From: a virus
Taxonomy: Duplodnaviria > Caudoviricetes
Direction: 5' to 3' (one strand)
IMG/VR virus record: IMGVR_UViG_3300012808_000019
Location: 1 to 34,716 of that record
DNA: 34,716 bases
A program made the position numbers and the translations under genes. The notes under the pieces were generated by a model. The model saw only the letters and a list, made by a program, of their open reading frames with translations. It was not told the DNA's origin and did no database searches. Positions 20,021 to 28,316 of the stretch are shown piece after piece (the first letter of the stretch is position 1; each line of letters begins with the position of its first letter).

Positions 20021-21115
20021 TTAGGCCGCCAAAGTGTTTAAGATTACAATGCGCTTAGCCTGCTCTAAACCAGGGAAAGCATTGTACACTCCTTCGGTAA
20101 CCTCCGCGATTGGCTTACGATGTCTGTAACGGGAAAGCAACACTCCGTCCGCTTCCAAATAGATCGTTCCGTCGTGTGGCGTGATCTGCTCATCAGCAAG
20201 AGCATTGTGAATAATCCCTAAATCTCCAGCAGGAGCAAATACCACATTGGTTTGGCTCCAACCGTTTTGGGATGTTTTTTGTTTCTTGCCATCGACCTCG
20301 ATGTAAGCCAGATCAGAAATGATCTCAAAAGTTGGGAACCGATTCGCTCGAAGAACATTATTGATGTTTTCCAATGTGAACGCATAGCGTGCATTTGTTC
20401 CCGGATTGAGATATCCCTTAAGCAGATTTTGAAGTGATTTGTTATTCAAAATTTTGAACCATAGAGATTCTGCAATCATAGCAATTTCGAACGAAACGCC
20501 CAATTCCAGTCCTTTCATCCGAATTGCCTCAAAATCTTTTACGATATCAGTATCCGGGTTAGACCAGTCAGCATTCGCATTCATCTTGTTGTTGTCGCCA
20601 ACTAAAGGAACGTCGAACGTAACACCATTAGGGTTATTATCTAGACTAATCGTAACCTTTCCATATGACACAGCTTGCTTACACATGAAATCTAATCTGC
20701 GTAATACAGAATTACGACAGTATAGGTAATCATCCACCTCGCGAGCCATAACTTGACGTAATCTCTCAGGAAGACCTAACGCATTGGAGGCGATCAAAAT
20801 CTCAAGATTCCGAAGCTCCTGTGCATTAAATTTTCGGCCAACAAAGATAGGAGGAACTTCCCCTTTTAGTTTTTCAATTCCTTGACGGCTATGCAAAGGG
20901 ACTTCTGACTCGCGAGATCCCACGACTGCCATTGCCTCAAGCGTCTCGGCTGAAAGAATCGTTTGGAACTCCAACGACACGGTAGGATCCGCTGTCCGGA
21001 AGAATCGAGGAAACCATAACGGAGCAAAACGAGCCTCCGCCTGCTCTAGCATCACTTGTGGCGTGATTCCCTCATTCGCCAAAAATGCCAATAATAGTGA
21101 ACTCTGTAATTCCAT
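20021..21115 (-). CDS. Major capsid protein (lambda E-like)
   Basis: 364 aa; KGEVPPI, W SNPDTDIVKDF and VVFAPAGDLG motifs; synteny. Confidence 0.85.
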   Translation of the reverse strand: MELQSSLLLAFLANEGITPQVMLEQAEARFAPLWFPRFFRTADPTVSLEFQTILSAETLEAMAVVGSRESEVPLHSRQGIEKLKGEVPPIFVGRKFNAQELRNLEILIASNALGLPERLRQVMAREVDDYLYCRNSVLRRLDFMCKQAVSYGKVTISLDNNPNGVTFDVPLVGDNNKMNANADWSNPDTDIVKDFEAIRMKGLELGVSFEIAMIAESLWFKILNNKSLQNLLKGYLNPGTNARYAFTLENINNVLRANRFPTFEIISDLAYIEVDGKKQKTSQNGWSQTNVVFAPAGDLGIIHNALADEQITPHDGTIYLEADGVLLSRYRHRKPIAEVTEGVYNAFPGLEQAKRIVILNTLAA

Positions 21116-21124
21116 TTCCCTCTA

Positions 21125-21667
21125 TTACTTGGTTTGTGAAAAAATAACGTTTGGCAAATTAGCCTTTGTTGCAGCGGAAATGAATCCGATACGACGAGCG
21201 TAAACCAAACCACCAACTACAGCATCTACAAGATGCGTGTTGCCCGTAACAACTTTGATTGAGTTGTACAGCAACGCATTTCCGTCTCCCGATCCGATCT
21301 TGTTTCCATTAGCTTCGGCTTTACCATATCCGGCGGCCAATACTACAACATCATGTGTTGTATGAGTAGTAGTGTCAATTGAGTCGATGGTTTTACCGTT
21401 CAACTTATCGCCAACAACTAGGAAGTGACCTTTTGCAACTTCGATGGAGGTGTCAGCTGTTACTACAGCTTTGGTCAACGTGGCCGATTTAACAGGTGTC
21501 GCAGTGCGCGCCGCCTCATCAACCAGAATTGCCGTTCCCATTCTGATGATCGCACCATTTGGGAAGCCGCTAACAACAAGATTAAATCCTCCAGTTAGCA
21601 ACTGCAGTGTTTTGTCGTGCTGAAATACAGGCGGTTCGGCGTTGTATGATTCTCTACGAATATTCAT
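21125..21667 (-). CDS. Head decoration protein
   Basis: GGFNL...GTAI..D...ATPVKSA...IEVAKGH; between scaffold and capsid. Confidence 0.6.
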   Translation of the reverse strand: MNIRRESYNAEPPVFQHDKTLQLLTGGFNLVVSGFPNGAIIRMGTAILVDEAARTATPVKSATLTKAVVTADTSIEVAKGHFLVVGDKLNGKTIDSIDTTTHTTHDVVVLAAGYGKAEANGNKIGSGDGNALLYNSIKVVTGNTHLVDAVVGGLVYARRIGFISAATKANLPNVIFSQTK

Positions 21668-21685
21668 TGTTAATTAAACTTAAAA

Positions 21686-22336
21686 TTAGGAAGCCTTTTT
21701 AGCGTGGCGTTCATTCGCTTTTTTGAACCCCTCTAGAGCGGCTTTGCCTGTAGCGGAAAGCTCTTTGGGTTTCTTTGGATCGGGATCCGCTGGATTGCCG
21801 GAATTTGGTTTGCCGGTCGATTTGGTGTTAGCTGATTGCTTAACGAAATCTTTGCTGAAAGTTTTAAGTTCTTCCATTGAGCTGTCAAAATCATCTTCCG
21901 ATTGTGGTTGCCACTTTGCAATAAGTGTCGGATTGGTGATCCCATTTGCTTCTGCGAGCTTCTCCCATTTCTGCTTAAGAGAAAGGGCGCTGCTTTGAGC
22001 AAGAAGCGTTTTGTAATTGTTTTCCAACTCCGCAAGCTTAGCCTCAACACTGTTGGAGTCTGGATTTGCCGGATTTGGGGTGTTTGGTTGTGGATTAGGA
22101 TTTGGCGGCGTTGGGTTCTTTTTCTTGTATTCGTTAATGTAGCGGGTATTCTCCGACTGCATCAATGTGAAATAAGGCTTAGCACCCTCGATGGCCGCTG
22201 TGATATCTTCATCCGTGCTTTCGTCTGACAGGCTTGTACTGAGGTTTGTTGCCAACCCTTCAACTGTCGTAGCTCCGAACCCATTACTTGCAACTAAAGG
22301 TTTCAAAGCCGCTAAAACTCGTTCTTGAATATTCAT
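21686..22336 (-). CDS. Capsid scaffolding protein
   Basis: Helical, with a PNPNPQPN linker; upstream of decoration and capsid genes. Confidence 0.6.
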   Translation of the reverse strand: MNIQERVLAALKPLVASNGFGATTVEGLATNLSTSLSDESTDEDITAAIEGAKPYFTLMQSENTRYINEYKKKNPTPPNPNPQPNTPNPANPDSNSVEAKLAELENNYKTLLAQSSALSLKQKWEKLAEANGITNPTLIAKWQPQSEDDFDSSMEELKTFSKDFVKQSANTKSTGKPNSGNPADPDPKKPKELSATGKAALEGFKKANERHAKKAS

Positions 22337-22449
22337 GCGCTATGATTGTGTTTAAAATCGTTAGCACAAATTTCTATATCACGATTTACGCGCGCGAATA
22401 ATCAGCAGCCTAATGCTGTCCTGTAATATTTTGGGATAGTATTACGCAA

Positions 22450-22473
22450 CAAAAAAGCCTCCGAGCGGAGGCC
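22450..22473 (-). terminator. Intrinsic terminator
   Basis: Minus strand GCCTCCG-ct-CGGAGGC followed by TTTTTT, just after the 22478 stop. Confidence 0.7.
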
Positions 22474-22477
22474 TATA

Positions 22478-23029
22478 CTATTTCTTTAATGCTTTTTTGA
22501 TTTTGCTGGTGTAAACTTGGAACGGGACGATCTTATCGACTTTTTTCCCGTCGATCTCGAACTGGAGCACCGCTCGATCATTGGGCAGCTTTCCGTTTTC
22601 CTGAAAATACTTGTTCGATTTGAAGAAGTTGAAAAGCACAGCGTCTTTGGTTGCGCAGCGAAGGATGACCTTTGATTCGGGAGCAATTACAGTCGGTGGC
22701 GATACGCTGTTTACTTCCTTCACTTGGATTCCGATCACTCCACCTGCGTCAGCATTGACAACGGGAATGGTTTCTTCTGCTATAACGAAGTAGGAGGTGG
22801 GCCACTGGAATGATATCGCTTTGTCGGAATTGTTCCGGACATTGAAATAAACGTAGCCCATGGCCACATCGTGGATCGCTATCGATACGTCGTCATCTTT
22901 GTGCTTGTACTCCTTTGGAGTTTTGCCGTCGAACGCGACGCTGACACTTCCGATGTTTTTGCCGAACTCTTGAGAGTAACTCGACAAGCCGATAAATGCG
23001 ATAATCGTAGTTAACAAATATTCTTTCAT
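22478..23029 (-). CDS. Secreted hypothetical protein
   Basis: Signal peptide MKEYLLTTIIAFIGLSSYSQ. Confidence 0.7.
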   Translation of the reverse strand: MKEYLLTTIIAFIGLSSYSQEFGKNIGSVSVAFDGKTPKEYKHKDDDVSIAIHDVAMGYVYFNVRNNSDKAISFQWPTSYFVIAEETIPVVNADAGGVIGIQVKEVNSVSPPTVIAPESKVILRCATKDAVLFNFFKSNKYFQENGKLPNDRAVLQFEIDGKKVDKIVPFQVYTSKIKKALKK

Positions 23030-23491
23030 TTAGTATTTTCTTATTTTTTCATTTTTAATTGCCACCATGTCGTAAACACTTATGCCATTTGACAAAGCTG
23101 TATCAGACAGGTTAGAATCCGATGTTATAAGCGCTCTATATTCTTTAGCGGAGTGCAACAGAAGAGTGTCCGTTACACCCAAGATGCTGTATTCGTGTTT
23201 ATCTACGACGTCTAATGTCCCACGGTAAACTTCGGTGCATTCCTTTATTAATTGGATGGTTGTCTCTATGTACGGATACTTTAAATTTCCACTGAAATTG
23301 TTTAAAAGGTTATCTGTTTCAGTCCAAACGTTAGGGAGTATAATTAGATTTTTGATATCTCCAATAAAGTCTAGTAATTCATCAAAGTCATTTTCATCAA
23401 ACAGGCTTGTGCGTTTATGTTGAGATATTTGCCTCTTATCCATTGTTCCTATAATCAGCAGAACAAGCGCATTTGTGTCAATAACGAACAT
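23030..23491 (-). CDS. PIN-domain ribonuclease
   Basis: VIDTNAL, VWTE, LGVTD and LITSDSNL acidic PIN motifs. Confidence 0.85.
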   Translation of the reverse strand: MFVIDTNALVLLIIGTMDKRQISQHKRTSLFDENDFDELLDFIGDIKNLIILPNVWTETDNLLNNFSGNLKYPYIETTIQLIKECTEVYRGTLDVVDKHEYSILGVTDTLLLHSAKEYRALITSDSNLSDTALSNGISVYDMVAIKNEKIRKY

Positions 23492-23492
23492 T

Positions 23493-23768
23493 TTAATCTT
23501 TGTACATGTACATCCCTAGAAATTTACCGCTACTATCAAAGTGTAGCTTTTTGTACAACCGAACATACTGAAAATCCGAAGCCAACATCCCCAAAGCTCC
23601 GTGACTGCTTTTTTTATTAGTATTTGCCGATAAATAGGATACTACAATTTCCCAACGTTGATGAGTTTCGTTAAACTCTGCTTGCTCCAAACGTATATCT
23701 GGAGAATCTAGCGAAGTTATTTTAGAAATTTGCTCTATTGCAAGGCTTAGAAGTTTAGATAAATCCAT
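23493..23768 (-). CDS. Small partner of the PIN protein (putative antitoxin)
   Basis: 91 aa; stop lies 1 nt before the PIN start; DIRLEQAE...WEIVVSY...RLYK. Confidence 0.6.
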   Translation of the reverse strand: MDLSKLLSLAIEQISKITSLDSPDIRLEQAEFNETHQRWEIVVSYLSANTNKKSSHGALGMLASDFQYVRLYKKLHFDSSGKFLGMYMYKD

Positions 23769-23892
23769 ATTGTTTTTTAGCCTAATATACGGATATGTTG
23801 CAAATTATAGAGTGCGATTAACAACTCACTATCAAAAAACAGGGGATCGCGTAGTTAAATGACTACAAAATTATTACTATTCAAATATAAAT

Positions 23893-23923
23893 TTTGGTTA
23901 TTAAAAACCATTTATTAACTTTG
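23893..23923 (+). promoter_or_regulatory. Bacteroidetes sigma-A promoter
   Basis: TTTG-N19-TAACTTTG, matching the -33/-7 consensus. Confidence 0.7.
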
Positions 23924-23942
23924 AGTCATACTAAAAAGAAAG

Positions 23943-24440
23943 ATGGATATATATGGCATAAACAAAATCAATGAATACTCTAAAACTTTAGAATTTTTAG
24001 AGCATAAACTCGAGATTATAAAAAAGATTGAGAAGGAGATCGATGTACGGAATTATTACGAAATAGTGAATGACACCTACTTAGACGGAATAATTGAAAG
24101 ATATAGTTTTCTCCTTAAATCGGCATACTTCGAGTACAGCGACAACTTCAAAGAGATTATTTTAAAAGCCGCTAGAGACTACGAACCACACAAATACAAC
24201 GTTCCTATTTTCGCCGCTCTTAAAAGAAGGATATCGCGACAGATCGAACGGATTCGAAAAAAGAATTCGAGACGATTTATAGATTACAGGGTTAAAATTA
24301 GATCATTTGTTAACAGGATAATTAGAAAGAATACGGAGGAAGACTCGAACTATGTGGTACTACAAATTTTAAGTAATATTTTTTTTAACAAAACCACATC
24401 AAAGGAGTATGGACAAAGACCGTATTTTAGCAATAATTGA
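23943..24440 (+). CDS. Hypothetical basic protein
   Basis: 165 aa ORF downstream of a consensus promoter. Confidence 0.55.
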   Translation: MDIYGINKINEYSKTLEFLEHKLEIIKKIEKEIDVRNYYEIVNDTYLDGIIERYSFLLKSAYFEYSDNFKEIILKAARDYEPHKYNVPIFAALKRRISRQIERIRKKNSRRFIDYRVKIRSFVNRIIRKNTEEDSNYVVLQILSNIFFNKTTSKEYGQRPYFSNN

Positions 24441-24606
24441 TACCATGTTAGATGCAGATGACATTTCTAACAGTCACAAAGTTTCTCTAAAAATAATTAG
24501 ACAGGAAATCGACAGCAAAAATTCCAAGCTTTCTACAAAAGAAGCTATGGATATCAGTCTTCGAATTACACAAATATTTAGCAATTTTATGAGATTCTTT
24601 GATTAG
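24409..24606 (+). CDS. Small hypothetical protein
   Basis: 65 aa helical ORF preceded by AAAGGAG. Confidence 0.55.
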   Translation: MDKDRILAIIDTMLDADDISNSHKVSLKIIRQEIDSKNSKLSTKEAMDISLRITQIFSNFMRFFD

Positions 24607-24621
24607 CACTATTACTATTCA

Positions 24622-24915
24622 ATGAAAATTGGAAAAACTATCAAGGATTTAAGAAAATCCAAAGCGCTTAGTCAAAGCGAACTTTCAGGAAAGGCGGGAA
24701 TAACACAGACTGCTTTGTCACAAATAGAAGGGGATAAGAAGTTCCCTAGTCAAAGTACACTAGAGGCTCTTAGTGCCGCCTTAGGTGTCACTAATGCGGC
24801 TATCTATGTAATGTCGGCAACAGTTGACGATGTACCTGCTGAGAACAAAGAAACGTTCAATAAGCTTTACCCAAGCATCAAAAATATGTTGGAAGAGCTG
24901 TTTATCAAAAAATAA
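24622..24915 (+). CDS. XRE-family HTH regulator
   Basis: IGKTIKDLRKSKALSQSELS..AGITQTALSQIEG..KFPS..TLEALS..LGV. Confidence 0.9.
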   Translation: MKIGKTIKDLRKSKALSQSELSGKAGITQTALSQIEGDKKFPSQSTLEALSAALGVTNAAIYVMSATVDDVPAENKETFNKLYPSIKNMLEELFIKK

Positions 24916-25005
24916 ACAGCTCACCGGCATTTTTGGTCGAAAGCGCTTAGAGTACGTCATTTTACGGGATTTTAAAGAACAATACTTTATAACTATTCTT
25001 CCGGG

Positions 25006-25701
25006 TTATACATTGTTTTTAACGACCTTCCAAAATTCGTATGAGTTATTCGAATGCCTTTCCTTTATCACTTCTGCATCATCTAAATTTAGTTCAAAAT
25101 CAGATGTTTTTTGAGAAATGCCAATTACCTTAGCTTTGTGAATCAACAAATTACAAGCGTCAAAAATTAATGGTGATAGCTGCCTATAACTTACCAACTC
25201 TGCACTATAATTATTGTTAGTATTGTTATCAGCTAAAATAGAGAAAAGATTACCAAGGTAAGGGTCTATTGAATTTTTATCTAATCTACGCATCGTCAAA
25301 TGAAATCCATTTCCCTTTTTTAGATTGTAATCTGATATAAAACCTATTGCAGATCCCCCTAGGTCTAAATATAGATTGTAGAACATGGAATGTTCTATAC
25401 AATTTCCTACGTGCATAAAGCACTCTCTAGAAATGAATCTAGCTAAAGATACTGGTAAATGTGTCTTTAGCAACCAATAATACCCTCCAAATACTTCATT
25501 TATGTATATGTGGCAAAGCTCATGAAGAAAAGAGTTTTGATCAAGTCCGTTCAACCTTAATTCTATTGGATCAAATTTAGTTTGTGTAAATACTTCTGAA
25601 TATTTTTCGTCCCAAATTGTGATCTTTATTCTTCCATCTTTATTCAAAAGCTCCCATAATGGTCTGCTTTTATCTGTCAATAAATTTTCTATAATATCCA
25701 T
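25006..25701 (-). CDS. Putative zinc metallopeptidase-like protein
   Basis: FLHELCH (HExxH) with a downstream EH; AT-rich. Confidence 0.55.
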   Translation of the reverse strand: MDIIENLLTDKSRPLWELLNKDGRIKITIWDEKYSEVFTQTKFDPIELRLNGLDQNSFLHELCHIYINEVFGGYYWLLKTHLPVSLARFISRECFMHVGNCIEHSMFYNLYLDLGGSAIGFISDYNLKKGNGFHLTMRRLDKNSIDPYLGNLFSILADNNTNNNYSAELVSYRQLSPLIFDACNLLIHKAKVIGISQKTSDFELNLDDAEVIKERHSNNSYEFWKVVKNNV

Positions 25702-25839
25702 AACAAGTTTGAGTTACTTTGCTGATGAATATACAAACATCTCAACAAATAAAGAATAAGGGAAACCGTAATATTTTTAATGCTTTTTTTCTAACTTTAT
25801 CATTAATATATTTATTGAATTATTTATTAACCAAATCTT

Positions 25840-26997
25840 ATGGAAAATCTTGAAAGTACGAATACGGATGTCGATGCTCCTTTAGCGTCAGCAGACAATG
25901 TAGCAATTGAACTGCCAGCGGCACCTTCGAAGGAAGAACTAGAAGCTATTAGAATAGAGAAAGAAACAAAGCAACTTCTTGCCAATGTTTATTCTGATAA
26001 CATAACGGATACGAAAGATAGGGTAGCATCTATACTCAGTAAAAACATAAACGCTAGGAATTCAGATATTGAGCTCGCCTGGGCGTATTGGTTTAAATAT
26101 GAATCAGAATTGGTCCAAGGAGGATCTATCACTAAGAAAGCAATGTTGCAAGCAACGAAGATGTCAACCTTATGTAGAGAGCGAGCTAAGATTCAAAATG
26201 AGTACAAACTATTTCAAGCAGATGTAGAAGTAAAACAACAAAGAGGAACACTAGAAGGTGAGTTCAAAAAAAGGGCTATTAAAGATCGAGCACCTGAAAT
26301 TAAAAGCCTTTTTACATACATTGATGAGACGGGTAAAAATCAAGAATTCATTTCAGTTGGATCAGTATGGTTACCGACCTTCTCTAATTCAAGCTTTGCG
26401 CGAACCAAGGAAATTAAACAGTGGAAAGAGTATTCGGACATTAAGTACGAATTTCATTTTGCCGAGCTTCGCGCCAATCAACTAGAAAGGTATAAAGAAT
26501 TCGTTGCAAAATTTTTAATGCTATTTCCTGAAGTTAGTTTCAAAACTATAATAATAAAGAAAGAGGGGCTTGGCAATGTTGAGGAGGCAATAAATAACCT
26601 AACTTACTTTTTGATAAGAAAAGGGGTCGATCATGAGCATTCATCAAATAGAGCACCTTTACCACGATCACTTTTTGTAACTATCGATGATGAGAATGAA
26701 GCAAAAGACGCTCTTAAGTTGGAAAACATCAAAGATAAGTTAGAAGCTCAAAAAATTGAAGGGTTAACGTTAGGTAACTTTGTAGCCGTTCCTTCTCGCG
26801 GAAATGAATACATACAAATTGTAGACTTATTTATTGGAGCGATCAACCGGAAGTTACATTTTCCCGATGGTAATGGACATAAAGACGAGCTAGCAAATTT
26901 TATTCTGGATCAACTAGGCCTAAATATCAATGATTATTTGAATGATCAAGTAATAGGCGACGATTTAAAAATGTTTAGCTTCCTAAAGAATGAATAG
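25840..26997 (+). CDS. DUF3800-family protein with N-terminal extension
   Basis: YIDETG, EFHF, TIDDE and IQIVDLFIG (QxxD) motifs. Confidence 0.85.
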   Translation: MENLESTNTDVDAPLASADNVAIELPAAPSKEELEAIRIEKETKQLLANVYSDNITDTKDRVASILSKNINARNSDIELAWAYWFKYESELVQGGSITKKAMLQATKMSTLCRERAKIQNEYKLFQADVEVKQQRGTLEGEFKKRAIKDRAPEIKSLFTYIDETGKNQEFISVGSVWLPTFSNSSFARTKEIKQWKEYSDIKYEFHFAELRANQLERYKEFVAKFLMLFPEVSFKTIIIKKEGLGNVEEAINNLTYFLIRKGVDHEHSSNRAPLPRSLFVTIDDENEAKDALKLENIKDKLEAQKIEGLTLGNFVAVPSRGNEYIQIVDLFIGAINRKLHFPDGNGHKDELANFILDQLGLNINDYLNDQVIGDDLKMFSFLKNE

Positions 26998-27001
26998 TAA
27001 A

Positions 27002-27138
27002 TAAAAAACATCACCGCTGGAAAAAAGGACGATGAAGTCGGGAAAATAATAAAACCCTGCGCCCTCGGTCAAGCATTTATGACCCCTTATTGCTTACTTA
27101 CTTTGCTCAACCCAACTCGTGGGTAGTGATGTTTTTTA
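27002..27138 (+). ncRNA. Candidate DUF3800-associated structured RNA
   Basis: 13-bp perfect closing inverted repeat TAAAAAACATCAC/GTGATGTTTTTTA enclosing several short hairpins; starts 5 nt after the DUF3800 stop. Confidence 0.55.
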
Positions 27139-27143
27139 ATTTG

Positions 27144-27215
27144 CAGGTGTGGGCAGATTCGAACTGCCGGTGTCGGTTTTGGAGACCGATGCCTTACCAA
27201 CTTGGCTACACACCC
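27144..27215 (-). tRNA. trnW: tRNA-Trp(CCA)
   Basis: GGGTGTG TA GCCAAGTTGGTAAGGC A TCGGT CTCCAAA ACCGA CACC GGCAG TTCGAAT CTGCC CACACCT G; full cloverleaf, G discriminator, CCA end not encoded. Confidence 0.9.
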
Positions 27216-27227
27216 TTTTTGCCATTT

Positions 27228-27338
27228 CTAGCGATTGCTTTTCCTGCTGCGGAGATATCGCCATAGCTCCCGATAGATGATTATCCCAATAGGGATAACG
27301 AAGATGATCAGGATCACGAAAGCATATGTATACCTCAT
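27228..27338 (-). CDS. Small single-TM peptide (36 aa)
   Basis: MRYTYAFVILIIFVIPIGIIIYRELWRYLRSRKSNR; ATG 4 nt after the upstream stop. Confidence 0.55.
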   Translation of the reverse strand: MRYTYAFVILIIFVIPIGIIIYRELWRYLRSRKSNR

Positions 27339-27342
27339 GGCT

Positions 27343-27750
27343 TCACTTCCTCGCTTCCAGTATCGGTATGCCAGCCTCTGTAGGAACATAGATCTTATCG
27401 CCTTTACTGTTCCTGATGGCATCGATCTGCAGATACTTTAGATACTCGCTGTTGCCTTTGAGTGATTCGCCGATGATCTTGTTCGCTTCGGCCACTCCCT
27501 TGGCGCGTTCGACTTCCGCCTGGGCTTCGGCTTTCGCGATCTTGATCTTTGCCTCCGCTTGCAGCGTTGCGCTTTCGTTTTCCGCTTTAGCTTGTTCAAC
27601 CATCGCTTTTTTGGAGTTCTCCGCTTCGACCAGCGTCGCCTTTCCATTGTTTTCCGCGTCTTTTAAGCGCTGCTCTCGGGAGAAATCATAACAAGATGTC
27701 ACAGACATCAACAATGCGCATAGCGCGAACATTAAACCTACTCTTTTCAT
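27343..27750 (-). CDS. Lipoprotein resembling the C-terminal coiled-coil of SPFH/band-7 'membrane protease subunit' phage proteins
   Basis: Lipobox VTSC; AEAQAEVERAKGVAEANKIIGESL..YLKYL..IYVPTEAGIPILEA. Confidence 0.75.
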   Translation of the reverse strand: MKRVGLMFALCALLMSVTSCYDFSREQRLKDAENNGKATLVEAENSKKAMVEQAKAENESATLQAEAKIKIAKAEAQAEVERAKGVAEANKIIGESLKGNSEYLKYLQIDAIRNSKGDKIYVPTEAGIPILEARK

Positions 27751-27771
27751 GTTAAAGAACTAATTAGTGAG

Positions 27772-27879
27772 CGGAGCAGGAGGGAATCGAACACCTCGCA
27801 ACCAACATAACCACATAACCGAAAGGGAATCATCCTTCAAGTTTTACGAGCGACTAACTTCAAATGTGATCACTGCTCC
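27772..27879 (-). ncRNA. tRNA-like element A (acceptor and T arm; D and anticodon arms replaced)
   Basis: GGAGCAG/CTGCTCC-G acceptor; GAGGTG-TTCGATT-CCCTC T arm with a bulge; internal helix GATCACAT/ATGTGGTT. Confidence 0.65.
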
Positions 27880-27886
27880 AAATTTT

Positions 27887-28150
27887 GCCGGTCTGTTCCC
27901 GGCTGTCAACCTATCCTCAGTAATAATCTATCTACCGTTAGCGCCTTTTTACTGATCCATCTACGTCTTTCCGTATATCGTCAGATAGCATCGATTAGAA
28001 CTTACTTTCAGTGTTCGTCTGACAATTTGCGTTGCGACAGGAGCCGGAATCGAACCGACTATCAAGGTGTGATTTATTACTCCGCCTACGGAACCTTTTG
28101 TTTTACCATTTACAACATCCTGTCAAATGCTCGTCTTTCCGAGCCGCCAG
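27887..28150 (-). repeat. Three copies of a YTGRCR-stem-GAA(C)AGA-stem hairpin motif (27887-27909, 27961-27984, 28129-28150)
   Basis: TTGACA GCCGG GAACAGA CCGGC; CTGACGATA TACG GAAAGA CGTA; CTGGCG GCTCG GAAAGA CGAGC. Confidence 0.7.
28035..28124 (-). ncRNA. tRNA-like element B (expanded 24-nt anticodon loop)
   Basis: GACAGGA/TCCTGTC-G; D arm TTGTAAATGGTAAAACAA; AAGGT/ACCTT stem around 24 nt; GTCGG-TTCGATT-CCGGC. Confidence 0.75.
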
Positions 28151-28316
28151 TCTTTGTGGAAAATAGGGTGAATGTAATATTACTTGTTACCCCCATTCGT
28201 AATAGATAGTAATTAATTCTCTACAAGCAACAGGAAACAATCTATCACTATTAACCACCGAACTCTGAACCCGACAAGGTTCAACGCTTTAATGTAACAA
28301 AACCTGTTGCTTCGTG

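Noticed and set aside
27000-27145. HDV-like/theta ribozyme in the tRNA-Trp 3' trailer
   Set aside because: The trailer begins CAAATTAAAAAAC and I could not build the nested double pseudoknot by eye; a descriptor search would be needed.
27144-27215. tRNA-Trp as an integration (att) site
   Set aside because: No integrase and no duplicated tRNA 3' end seen in the window; phage head genes continue on both sides.
27772-27879. tmRNA (ssrA) call
   Set aside because: Only 108 nt, no G3-U70 alanine determinant, no tag reading frame.
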